From assembly GCA_028023455.1 (NCBI GenBank), contig JAQFVV010000010.1:5084001-5148000 (forward strand): DNA of 64,000 nucleotides, read 5' to 3'. The notes below the pieces were generated by a model that was not told where the DNA came from, did no database searches, and saw only the letters and a program-made list of their open reading frames with translations. Position 1 is the first letter of the stretch; every line of letters starts with the position of its first letter. The translations under genes and the position numbers were made by a program. This document shows positions 38,151-50,399 of the stretch, piece by piece. The stretch is from Epiperipatus broadwayi. Taxonomy: Eukaryota > Animalia > Onychophora.

Positions 38151-41100
38151 ACTCTTGTAGTATGAACTTCTTTTGCCTTCTGATTCCTAACAATTGTAAT
38201 TTATTATATGCTTTGTTTTGAGAGTAATACATCCAAGTTCTTTTATAGTCCATTTTTCTGCTTAAACAGTCCATATGATGACCAAAAATTCAATTGTATA
38301 GTATTTGAGTTTACATCAACAATACCATTATTTTCAAAAATGATAGGCCCAAAGTTTTTTAGTCCTATCAACACATACATTAAAATCTTCAAGAAAATAT
38401 ATTCATTCTTTTAATCATATTAATATAATAATGCTATTCATTCAAAGAATAAATAATCTGTATTCTCTGAAAATGTTTGTTGTTGGTACATTGTAAAATC
38501 AGATATCATTATGCAAAACAGTTTTAATATTAGTTTTTTATTGATATATTCAGAAATTAAAAAACAACAACACAACATTGAATTAGATCTCACAACAAAC
38601 CCAAACCATGCATGCATCTTTTTTCACTGTATAATGTGTCTTTCCAAAAAATACTTGCAGCCTTCTAATTGTTTAATTAAACTTTTTTTCTAGAAAATGA
38701 TAATTATGTTTGTTTGTTTCTGAATATTTGTGTTTTAAAAAGAATAATATTAAGTTGCACTAAGTGTGGTTGTAGCTCAATATAGTTTCTCACAATTAAA
38801 AATAAGTTATTTATCCACTGTTGTACAGGACATATTATGAAATTTACCTGTAATTTCAATCAAAAAGAAACAGCTAAAAATATTGATTTAAAGAATAGAT
38901 AATTTGCTAAACTAAAAACTCATAAAATGTTTTGAGTTAAATATTGGTAATTGTTTAAATGTTTTAAATGTATATGTATGCACTATTGTATTTTTTTTTT
39001 TTTTGGTTTTATTTTTTTTTCAAACATATAAAATAATATTGACATTAGTGTGGGTGTTGTAATTTGCAATTAATATTATATTCACATTTTTATATTTTCT
39101 TGAATTATTATTTTTAGTCAATGAAGTTTTTAAGGGCATTACATAAGGGGGAGGGGGGTTGCTATTAATGTGATCTTCCTCAGGTGCCAACATTCTTTGA
39201 CATCATTTTATTTATATCTGTTAAGGATATAATTTTTATTCCTGTATATTAGGGCTGGATTTTATTGGTAGTTGTCTTTAATAACATTCAGTTTCACATT
39301 ATACAAATTATCATTTTTTTTAACATAAACAATTGCACTGATCAGAGATCTAATAATAAAAAAAGTTTTTTATTACAAAATAAATAAATTAATAACACTA
39401 ATAAATATATGAGATTAAAACAATTATAAATAGTTTTATAACAATTTTTTGTTTGATTTGAATTCAGTACATAGCATTTAATAGGATACCTTAAAAAGAC
39501 TTTCACAGATATGGTTTCAAGGTGTGCACTGTATTTTATACTTTATTCCCATCTATTACATTCCCTTTAATTTTCTCCACATATAACATAGGAAAAAAAA
39601 ATTAATTTCTTCAATTTTCTATTTTTTAGAATATGACAAAATTTGTTTTTGTAGCAACATATACTATTTTTAGAAGCATAACATATATATCGTATTCTTG
39701 CATAATTTACCCATGATTTGAACAAAAGAAAAAGGAAATGTAAAAAAATTAAAAATTAATTTTAATGTTTCACATTTTAATATTTTGATTACAATATATA
39801 TATACACACACAGTTATATATCTTAATTGGGATCCTGTAATAGTAAAAGATGATAATGAAGTCACCAGAATGGAATAGTAGTATAAATATAACCATCATA
39901 CTGGAAATAAATTGAAAATAAATCTTGATGACAGAATAATAAATGAGAAAGATAATTCATGTATTATCTTATTTAGGACCAGAACAGCAATTAAGAAAGG
40001 TTGAAAATGTATCTCTTAAATTTATGTTAAGGATATTATTTATATTAGCAATATCCAAATATTTAATAATAAAAGAAATCTTTCAATACTACTAACATAT
40101 AAAATAACAAAATATTTTTTACTTTTAAGAATTAATGTTAATTAACTAGGCACCAACCAGATTAATTTACATTTGGAAACTTTTGGTTTAGATTTCTTAA
40201 GTATTTTTCTTGGGAATCTTTATCAATAAAGTAATAACATATATAGATTAGTTATACAATATTAAGTAAACAATTTTGTTTTTGCACTTGATTTTTGTAA
40301 TGTTTACATTTTATTAAATAATGTCAGTGTTTTAATTGCTTTGTTGAATAAAATATATTGGCAACAGAAAGTAGAATACTGATTAAATAATAAGGTTAGA
40401 TATATATTTCAATTATCTAAATTTGGAACATTCACCCCTAACTTTGATTTGCTTCTTTATTCTATTTATAACTTAGACCCATAGTCCTTTCCTCTTTTTG
40501 GTCTTTCTATTAAACATATGCTTATCAAAAATTATTCTTGTTAAGCATGAACTCTATTAATTATTATTATAAAAGACACAGACTTTTTAAAATTTAAAAT
40601 AAATTTATTTTAATTAAAACTAATAAATAAAAATTAAATTGAACATTTATAAATAATAAAACAATAAACTAAATCCTCTGATGTCTCAATCAGTAAATTT
40701 GTATTTTATAGTCACAATATTATGTTTTATCATTTATGTTAATAATATTATTTATCTTAACCACATTTTCTCACTTTTAAGTAATTTTTTTATATGATTT
40801 GATTACTCAGGCTGTTTTCTGATTTTTATCCTTATTGCAGTTAGGATTTAGGATTCAGAGAGTTATCTTGTGTTCTAAGACTGATTTTTTTTTAAGTTTC
40901 AAATTATTATCTTGAATAGTATAAAATAATCAATTTGGCTCCTAGATGCAAATGTATATTAGTTCCATCTGAAGGTTTGTAATGATGGTATATTATAAGA
41001 TATGATATGTTAGACTATTTCCATCATTTATGAGTGAATGTTGAATGTATTGTCTATTTGTGTGTTATTACTAACAAGTTTTGAAATGTTTTATTAAAGA

Positions 41101-41253
41101 TCTTAGATTTTATATATAGAATATGCCCAAGTTATGTGAATAATTTTTTGGTCACTTCTTTCTCTTATAGTAATATTTTATTATGTGCAATCTTGTGATA
41201 ATGAATATTATAATTAGTAAATCAATCTTTCAATTATATCATTTTTTATTATA

Positions 41254-41796
41254 CAAAATTAACAAAGCGTATGCCACACTTGAATGAGAAGCTATAAAGA
41301 TACACAGAAATTATTACACGCTAAGCGCTTTCGAGGTCTTTTGCCTCATATTCATAGCGGTACTGTGAGCTGCAGAATGAAAAAATAGGGCAAGGGAAAC
41401 AAAACAGTATGCAAAGCATATGCAAATGAACTAGATAGTCCAACGTTTGGAGATGTCAAAGCAGGTATCTCGTCTATTGATGGAGTTATTATTGCCATTA
41501 ATAAAATATGCTTCTCTGATTTTCCGCTTGATGTCATTTTTCTCAATACAGACTATTTTAGGGCTGGAAGGTTCAAACAAATGCCCTGTCATATGCTTTG
41601 CATACTGTTTTGTTTCCCTTGCCCTATTTTTTCGTTCTGCAGCTCACAGTACCGCTATGAATATGAGGCAAAAGACCTCGAAAGCACTTAGCGTGTAATA
41701 ATTTCTGTGTATCTTTATAGCTTCTCATTCAAGTGTGGCATACACTTTGTTAATTTTGTATATTAAATTATCGAATGAGAAGTCTTAAAATCTTTA
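41254..41796. mobile_element. 5'-truncated Penelope-like insertion with inverted pseudo-LTRs
   Basis: 172-bp inverted arms (41251-41422, 41590-41761). The spacer encodes on - TGHLFEPSSPKIVCIEKNDIKRKIREAYFINGNNNSINRRDTCFDISKRWTI* (GIY-YIG C-terminus). ~35-bp tail on the right arm; 16-bp TSD ATCATTTTTTATTATA (41238-41253, 41797-41812). Confidence 0.92.
41319..41359 (-). ncRNA. Candidate hammerhead variant (A3:U8 core); mirror copy at 41653-41693 (+)
   Basis: CGCU-AUGAAUA-U-GAGG(CAAAAGA)CCUC-GAAA-GCGC-UU/AGCG; the + copy has GCAC instead of GCGC. Confidence 0.62.
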
Positions 41797-43487
41797 ATCA
41801 TTTTTTATTATATATGAAATGTTTTTGATTGTTTTAAGTAATTATCCTCAGTTTGTTATTAAAAATCAAAGATGATTGTCCAGAACAGTCAAAATATATT
41901 GTGTATAATAAGAAAAAAAATCATATAATTAGAAAATTGTTTGAGTTGATCTATTATAATTCTTTGGATATAATATGTATATGAAGAGGAGAAATTCATT
42001 AAGATAAATTAATAATATTTGATCATTCTTGTCATAATTTTGTCTGTTCCTTGTATAATTCTATGTTTATATAAAATTTTATTGTCTGCCATATTCTGGA
42101 AATCTTTACTTTTATTTAAATTTTTAGATAGCACACTCTATTATCTAAATGAATTATTCCTTTAAAGTTGACTTTTCTGAATCATTATTTGCAAAATCTA
42201 AATTGAGATTTTCCTTGATGATTTGTCTTTTTAACTTACTCTATCTCTTAATTTTCATTTTTTGCTGGGACATTGTCTCTTTATTCGCATAACTCCAAAT
42301 TATTTTCCTTCATTAATGTATAAGATTATTTGGCACTAAAATCAATCTCTCCTGGTTTGGCATTTCTACCATTCTAGTCTACATAACTATTTTCCTTAAG
42401 TTAATTTTACAAGTTTTCAGAGACCTCCAGCAAACTCATCTATATTTATTACACTGTCAGGGTTGTCTTTTTTCTCTTGTTTCAACATTTCCAATTGATA
42501 TTGGTCTCTCTCACCAGTTTTTGGAGTTTCTATTAATCTTTATTTTTTTATTAATAATTTGGAATCCACTTCTATAATCATATCTACTAAGATCATGATT
42601 ATCCTCAGTCTCATCTGAATATTTAGCTTCTTTCTTGTTTAACATTTTTCTTTAGCAAATATTTTAAAATCTATATCTCTACTATATTTACCAAGATCAT
42701 TTTCATCATCATTTATATTTGAATTTTTAATTCCTATCTCTATGGTGACCTGTTCCAAATATGAGTCTCACTTTGATTTTCTATATTATCTATATTATCA
42801 ATTGCATTCTTGTTGTTTTGTCTAAGTTCTTCAATAGGATCTATATTAGTAATAAAATTTTATTTGCTTTTTACTCCAGTTGGGGGAATTTGAAATGGAA
42901 ATATTTATTTAAAATTTATTCTGTGATTGGCAAAAGGGAAATTAATTTAATGTGCAAACATTAAATTATGTGTTAGTAAAATAGTATAGCCAAGTAAAAT
43001 ATAATAGTTTATATTTTAATTTAGCACATATATAGATACATAAAGAATTTTATTTGGGTTTGAATATAAATACTTTTATTTTAAGTTTAAATAAAAATAC
43101 TTATATTTTATTTTAGACAGGAAATAAAAAAAAAAAAATTATATGAGTAATCCTTTATTAAAATAAGATTTAATTAAAAAAGTTTTTATTACCAGATTCC
43201 AAATAAAAAGAAAAAGCTACAAGATATTAAATTAAAGTTTTTCATAAAATAAATTAAAAATCATAAGTGAATTTGTTTTATATTGTTATAAGAATTAATT
43301 TAAATAATAATTATGACATATGCAGATTTATTGTTATATCATTTAGCGCAACGGTAGAGTGACTGAACTCTAGACCTGAATGTTCCAAGCAACTAACTAT
43401 TCATTTATTTATTTTTTGCTATTTATATAATAGGTGATATATGTAATAGTCTTATAACTTTCTTTGTGAATTTTTTTTAACTTTCAG

Positions 43488-43613
43488 CCTGGTGTTCGAC
43501 GAAGTCGTAGTGAAGCAGATTTTAAAGAATTGACTAAAAAAGATGCACAAAACCACTTATATCAAGAATTGGATAAACTCATGTTGTCTGCCCCTCCAGG
43601 CAGTGACATTGCA
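43488..43613 (+). CDS. UGP2: UGP2 coding exon (PGVRRSRSEADFKELTKKDAQNHLYQELDKLMLSAPPGSDIA)
   Basis: TTTCAG acceptor, GTAAGT donor, 126 nt phase 0/0; resembles the N-terminal helix of arthropod UGPases. Confidence 0.85.
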
Positions 43614-43798
43614 GTAAGTTGGAAATCTTTCTAACTATATTTTATTGGAAATATATTGTTTTCTGAAGTTATTCTATCTTTTTGGTAATTGCTGAATAAG
43701 ATTTAATTTATCGATATATAAATATAACATGCATCCGTATTTTCATTAAAAATGTATATTTTTTTGAAAAAATTATTATAAAAATCTATAAAGAATAT

Positions 43799-46054
43799 GG
43801 TTGTCATCTGATCCTTCGTGTCAGCCGCTAGAGGCGCTATTTCTAGCTAAATTTCTAGAAATATGCCGTTTCCGCGGCCGCACCCAAGCCTTTAAGCATT
43901 CTTTCTATAATAAATCCTAGAAAGATTGTTAACTCTGAGTTAAGTCTACTTTCTATGCTAAAAGGTAGAGTGTTAACTCGGAGTTAAGTCTTCTTTCTAC
44001 GATAAAATCTAGAAAGAGTGTTAACTCGGCTTAGCGGCTAATGGTGTGGCTTTTTCCAATGCTAAAAGCAGAGGAAAATGCAGTAGTTGTTTGTGTCACG
44101 CACTATATCGTAATGCTGCGTTATGTATTTTATGTAACAATATCGTACGAGGGTGTGTTAATATGATCGTGTCAAAATTATTTAAATTTTCATTGGTGCC
44201 TTTTTTTTTTTTAAGACGAATTGATGTACTGTTACATTTTATCAATTTTAACAGTAGTGATTGTTCCTCATAAATTTGTATTCCTCCTAAATTTTCGATT
44301 AGGGTGGGGTAGCGTAAAATTTTAAAAATCATGCTTTGAGTCACGTTTTAGCGAGAAATTTTCCGAGACAAAAAGTATGGCTAATTCCCACAACAGAAAA
44401 CTTGAAAAGATGGGAATTGCCAGACATGGAAGCTGGCGCTGGAATATTTCTACAGCAGAAAAAAAGAAAAACATCCTGCTGCTGAAAGAAAAGATTCGAT
44501 TGTGCGGCAAATATATGCAGATTTGAGGTCCAAAAACATCTGCCGATGGAAGTGCTCACTTCGTAAAGGCAAGCTTGTTTGAGGGATTCTAAATGGCCTT
44601 CGTCAAATGTCAAAAATAAAAGAAGTAACTTCAATTTTTATTTAAACGTGCATCCCTTCTCCCGATAATTGTTGTCGTCGGCAATCAAATGTAAAATAAA
44701 AGAAGTAACTAAAATTTTTATTTAAACATAGCCCCAAAAACCCCTCTTCTCCCAATAATTGTTGTCGTCGGCAATCAAACGGTCAAATAAAAGGAATGTC
44801 AATTATTCTTTAATTGTATAGAAAAAAAAACAAAAAACCCTCCCACTAATTGTCGTCAGCAATCAAATGTAAACCAATCAAAGTAAGACAGTAAATTATT
44901 AGTTAAACATAACCCAAATTACTATTTGAACGTACACCGAAAAAGACCCACTCTTGTCAATCAAAATTAAAGAAACCTAGACTATTATTGTCCCATTGTC
45001 AAATCGAATATTATTTGGGAAAACCTAAATAATTTATAAACGAAAAAAAAAAAGAAAGTCAAAACCGTTGTCAATCAAATATAACCGATAAAAGTAACTT
45101 CAATTTTGATTTAAACATACACAAAAAAACAACCTCTTTAGCTCCCAGTAATTGTTGTCGGCAATCAAATGTAAAATAAAAGGAAGGTAAATTAGTATTT
45201 AATCATCACCCAAAAACACCCACCCTTCTCAAATGTACAACATTACTAAAAGTAACGTAAACTACTATTCTTTAAATGGTTAGACCCCTTCTCCCAATAA
45301 TTGTTGTCTACAATCATACACACAAAAAAACACCCCTCCCAATAACTAGTGTCGGCAATCAAATGTAAACCAATCATAGTAAGACCGCAACTTATTATTT
45401 AAACGTAACCCAAATTACTATTTGAATCTACACCAAAAAAACACCCGCTCTTGTCAATAAAAATTAAACAAACAACAACTATTATTGTCCCATTGTCAAA
45501 AATATTTATTTGTAGAACCAAAAACCATAATTTATAAACGAAAGGAAGTCAAATCGGTCGTCAATCAAATGTAAACCGATAAAAGTAAAGGTTTTAATTT
45601 TTATTTAAACATACACACACACACGCGCGAAAAAAAAAAAACCCACTTCTCCCAATAATTGTTGTCGGCAATCAAATGTAAACCTATCAAAGTAACGTAA
45701 ATTATTATTTATAGATCCATCAAAAAAACCCGTTCTCTCTTGAATTTTGTCAATCCAATTTTACAAAAACAGTAATACTATTTTAAAAAAAAACACAAAT
45801 TACTATTTGAACACACACCAAAAAAAGACCCTTTGGTTAAAAAAAAAATTAAAAAAAACAACTATTATTATCCCATCGTCAAAAATATTATTTGGGAAAA
45901 ATAATTCAGAAACGAAAGAAAGTAAACTTTGTAAACAAACAAAAAAAAAAGTCAATATTAATAGAGAATCGCTAGCCTGGGAACGTTATATTAATGTGTT
46001 TTTTGGTTAGAAATCGCGCCTCTAGTGGCTGACACGAAGGATCGGATGACAACC
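43799..46054 (+). mobile_element. Non-autonomous Merlin-type DNA transposon with internal tandem arrays
   Basis: ~47-bp TIRs GGTTGTCATCTGATCCTTCGTGTCAGCCGCTAGAGGCGC...; perfect 8-bp TSD AAGAATAT (43791-43798, 46055-46062); frameshifted N-terminal relic WELPDMEAGAGIFLQQK...CRWKCSLRKG...FEG at about 44375-44600. Confidence 0.9.
44605..45960. repeat. Degenerate higher-order tandem array inside the Merlin element; a separate ~47-bp x3 array at about 43900-44030
   Basis: Recurrent TTGTCGTCGGCAATCAAATGTAAA / AAGTAAC / CTTCTCCCAATAATT modules; larger blocks repeat near 44850, 45350 and 45660. Confidence 0.85.
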
Positions 46055-47249
46055 AAGAATATAAAAAGAAAATAAAAATAATATTATAAAGAAAATTGTT
46101 TTATAAATAAATTTATTTTAATCATAGAAATCTAAAAATTTTTCCACATTTTAATTCATATTATCACTATTTTTCATATGTGGCTTGTCACTACTTTCTT
46201 CATAAGTTGCTTCATCTTCTGTACTGTTAATGTCATTAGAAATTCCATAATGATTTTTCTCTAGATGCTATTCCACAATTTCTTTACCAGATTAATGTTT
46301 GCATTTTATATTTTTCCTATTGGTGTTAAATCATGACTTTCTGATATTCCAACTTTTTTCTGTACTACATGTAAATAATGTGTATCTTGTTTTTTTAATT
46401 CTAAAATTTAAAAAGGAATCCATGGGCAAATTCTCATTGTTATGACTACAACAAATGGACAGCATTGTAAGATCAATTGTTTTTTTTAATAAGTTAAATA
46501 TTTAAAATTTTAAAAATTTATTGCTTTTTTAGGTTTATCTTTTTTCTTCTATTGTATATGCAAAATTAATTTTCTGATTCATTACTGAAATTAGATGACA
46601 ATTTGATAAATTGATCCATTTCTTTTAATAATTTTATTTTTTTGTTTTAGATTTTTTCAACTTTTCTAAAAACTCCTTCAAGATTAAATTAATATGTCTT
46701 AAAAGTATAAATAAAAAATATTGGATTGAAATTAACTGGAATTAAATGTAATTTTTTAAATGATTTAATGCAACTTTTTAATATAAAAGTTACATATGTA
46801 CGAATAACTTCATTATCCCGACTTTTTTCCAGAATTCATTGCTGCTATGTCCATGAACACACATGATATATATCAATTTTTGGTATGTCTAGTAATTTAG
46901 TGCTTTACATTTTATACGTCTTTTAATCAATAAATAAATTTTTTAGATGTGACAATGACATTAGTGAATTTTATATGAGGATATGGCTATTCTGATGTAA
47001 ACCTTGTACACTTTTATAAACAATCATAAAGAAAGTGGACTAAGAAATGGTGAATAGTCGAGTATCAGAAATATAATTTATTCAAGAGATGTAATTTATT
47101 AAAAAGAAGATCATGGTTTATTGAGACCTGAAATTTGCAGGTACCTTGTGCTAATAAGTGGTAATAATGAAATCTATCTATATATACAGTGGGAAAGTAG
47201 TGAGGATGTTTGATGAAGGATGGTATATACTGTTTTTGCCAAAGAGTCA

Positions 47250-47480
47250 GAAGCGACTACAATTGAAATTTCTAAAATATATAGTTCCTGACTTAGTGTC
47301 AGCTTATTTAACTATACAAGGAAGTTAGCCTGAGTTATAAACCTTAGGGTGTTTTGAATTTCAGGCTATAAAAAAAGTTACTGAATCCTGTTTTTCATTG
47401 AAGAAGGATAATTGTCAGGGAATTTGGATATCCAGAATTTATTTCAGACGGCTCTGAATTAATGTAAATAAAATAAATTA
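47250..47480 (+). mobile_element. Possible decayed LTR-retrotransposon integrase fragment
   Basis: EFGYPEFISDGSELM-like remnant near 47420-47462, resembling 'RFG.PE.IISDQG.EF'; very short. Confidence 0.3.
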
Positions 47481-47889
47481 CTGCTCCTGGTGTAGATATT
47501 TTGTGAAGTTCTAATTAATACTTTCTGAAAGTTTTTTTTTTTTTTCAGATTTGAATAGTTAATACAATGTTTGGACAAATGCCTTAATGTTATTATGCAG
47601 AGAAGTAGGATTCTGGTTACCAAGGATTTTAAAACTCTTTTTTTAAATAAATTTTTGTTAATCTTTCATACCTGAAAAACTTGTTTATTGAATGATCCTC
47701 ATTTATATAATAGCAACAAATAATTCTAATATATAATCTTCATCTAAACTTGTTGTTCATTCAATATAACTTTAAAAATTTTCCCATTTCTTTGTTTTTA
47801 GCAACTGCTTTCTAATTTTGTTCTTGTACATTACTATGCCAGTGCATAATTAAAATCTATATCAATATTGTCATCTGTCACTGTAATAA

Positions 47890-48660
47890 TATTAAAGAGA
47901 GAGGATTTCATTTTTTTAACATATGCGCCTTACTGATTTTTATAATAGCTCAACGATGCTGTGTTGAGCACAGTGGAAACTCTCAAACCCAAATACAGAA
48001 TAGAGACTTTATAAAGATAAGAGTGGCCGCCTTATCTTTAACCTAAATTCTGATTTATATAGGCCAATCTGAAGCATCTTGGTTTGAGAGAGTGAAGATG
48101 TTACTCTATTCACTTTTACATCCATTACCTTCTTACATACATTAACATTTGCAAAATCATGATTTATTACATGTTAATATTATGAATTAATAGAAATTAT
48201 GTAATGTTCAAATTTATTTATTAAGTGCGTAGATCATAAGAAATCAAAGAGAAAGGATTTCATTTTTTTAACATATGCACCTTATTTATATTTATAATCG
48301 CTCAATGATGCTGTGTTGAGTACAGGGGAAATTCTCAAACACAAGATAGAGATTTTATAAAGATAAGAGCTGCCATCTTACCTTTAACCTAAATTCTCAT
48401 TTATATAGACAGATCAGAAGGGTCTTGGTTTGAGATTGGCTTATATAAATCAGAATTTAGGTTAAAGATAAGATGGCTGCTCTTATCTTTATAAAGTCTA
48501 TCTTGTGATTGGGTTTGAGAGTTTCCTCTGTACTCAACCCAGTATCATTGAGCTATTATAAAAATCAGTAATGCACATATGTTAAAAAGGTGAAATCCTT
48601 TTTCTTTAATTTCATACGACCTATGTGTTTAATAAATGTTAAATAATAATAATAGTAATA
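47890..48660. repeat. ~350-bp non-coding repeat: 1.5 tandem copies plus one inverted copy
   Basis: AAAGAGA.AGGATTTCATTTTTTTAACATATGC at about 47893 and 48246; reverse complement at about 48437-48660. Confidence 0.85.
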
Positions 48661-49099
48661 TGATATCACTTGTGACCACATTATTCTCTAAAAGTGATTG
48701 GTTTAATTGATTGTATTTCAAAGTTTCAAAAAGCATTATATCAGCTGCAAGAAATTAGGGAATAACTGGCCAAATAATCATAATCATGCGATGCCAACAT
48801 ATTGACAGTCAATAATATTAAGCAAAATTTCTGATGTATATACATAGGGAAACATGATCTTTCATTTTTCAAGAAATGGAAAGAAATAGTCAGTACATAT
48901 GGGAAAATGCTTAGCATTTAGAATGTATTAAAAGTTATAAATGAAAACAAATTAATGATTATTCATTGAAATATATGTATTCAATTGAGGTTTTTATAAT
49001 TATATAAATAAATAAAAAATTAATCATTATTCATAGAAAAAAAAATTATTATCATTTATTTTGAGCAGAGTTTATATGAATAAATTAAGCAAAGAGTTT

Positions 49100-49305
49100 T
49101 CCTGAAGGTTTGTGATGATGGTGTTTTAGTTGTATTTATTGTTTGGACTGTTTCCATCATCTAATATGTTTGATGTGCTATTATTAGCAGTTGAATGTAT
49201 TTGGAATATTTAAATAAAATTAAATTTTTCTAAAGATATTCTTCTAAAGATATTCAATACTCATATTAGATGATGGAAATAGTCCAAACAATAAATACAA
49301 ACAAA
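49100..49305. repeat. Inverted repeat of a dispersed family (CTGAAGGTTTGTGATGATGG...TTGGACT.TTTCCATC); other copies near 40968 and 50258
   Basis: ~40-bp arms TTGTATTTATTGTTTGGACTGTTTCCATCATCTAATATG / CATATTAGATGATGGAAATAGTCCAAACAATAAATACAA. Confidence 0.75.
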
Positions 49306-50399
49306 CGGTTATTTCTACAGAAGTGTTTGCTATAAATCATGGGGTTGTAGCGCACTTGTACAATTTTCTGGAAATGGCTTGAATTTTTTATTTCCTAGAA
49401 ATATATCTTTTCTATGTGTGTCTTAATTGTCTACAAAGAAAAAAATGTTTCTGCTTTGTACATTCATATTTAGCATTTAATGAATATAGAATTGACAAAA
49501 AAAAAAAAGTCTTATTATCAAAGTTTTACTGTTTATGTAGTAGTCCGTAAAAAGTTGTTTTTACTTTCTTGAAACATTGTGGTTTTCTTATAATTGATGC
49601 TTATTTGTCACTTTTATCATTACTAATTTAAACGCTTTCTTCATTAATGATGAAGCTATGATGCACAGAAATGTAAACATAACTACTTGTTTTGAATTTA
49701 AAACTCGATTTGATGTGTTCATAATTCTCATGATTTTTGACAATCATATTGTTAACTTTATAACATTTCAATTTAAAAATAAATTATCCTTATAAAAAAA
49801 ATACTATTTTCGGACTGTGATTTATCAATGAAAGATATAATTTGAGAAATGATGACATCAGGAAAAAATAGCAAGTATTTTATAGCACTAAATGCAATAA
49901 AAAGAACCAAAGAAAGCCAACAAGAAATTCAGGAAAATGATATACTGCTTATGTAGGAAAGATTGATAGAAGTTTCATTGCATTTGTATGTATTTATGTT
50001 TTACATTAAAAAACAAACAAACTTATATTTAATAGTTTTTTAGTAAGAAAAAATTTACTTTACTTTAAATGAGTTTATAAAAATATAGTAAAAAACAAAA
50101 ACGCATTATCATGAAATTGAGAATTATCAGCTGTTTACATTTTTCTATATTTTTATAAAATTAATTTAATAAATAGAAATGACTGGTAATTAGTTACATC
50201 CACATTGAAAACAAATTATCAATAATGAGAAATGGCATATAACATATTTCATATTTGCCTGAAGGTTTGTGATGATTGTATATTAGATGCAATAATATGT
50301 TGGACTATTTCCATCCCTTTATCAGTAAATGTTGAATGTATAGAAAATTTTAAATTTTATTTAAACTTTTCAAATACAAACAACTTGTTAGTAATATAG

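Noticed and set aside
41352-41698. ORFs 41352-41546 and 41447-41698 as host genes
   Set aside because: Off-frame or antisense readings of the PLE fragment; the meaningful frame is the GIY-YIG tail.
42200-42800. Purine-biased minus-strand tract as LINE ORF1 (also about 46180-46700)
   Set aside because: No motif strong enough to assign.
44605-45960. Repeat-spacer-like pattern as CRISPR
   Set aside because: Intervening segments are themselves repeated, lengths are irregular, and the array lies inside Merlin TIRs.
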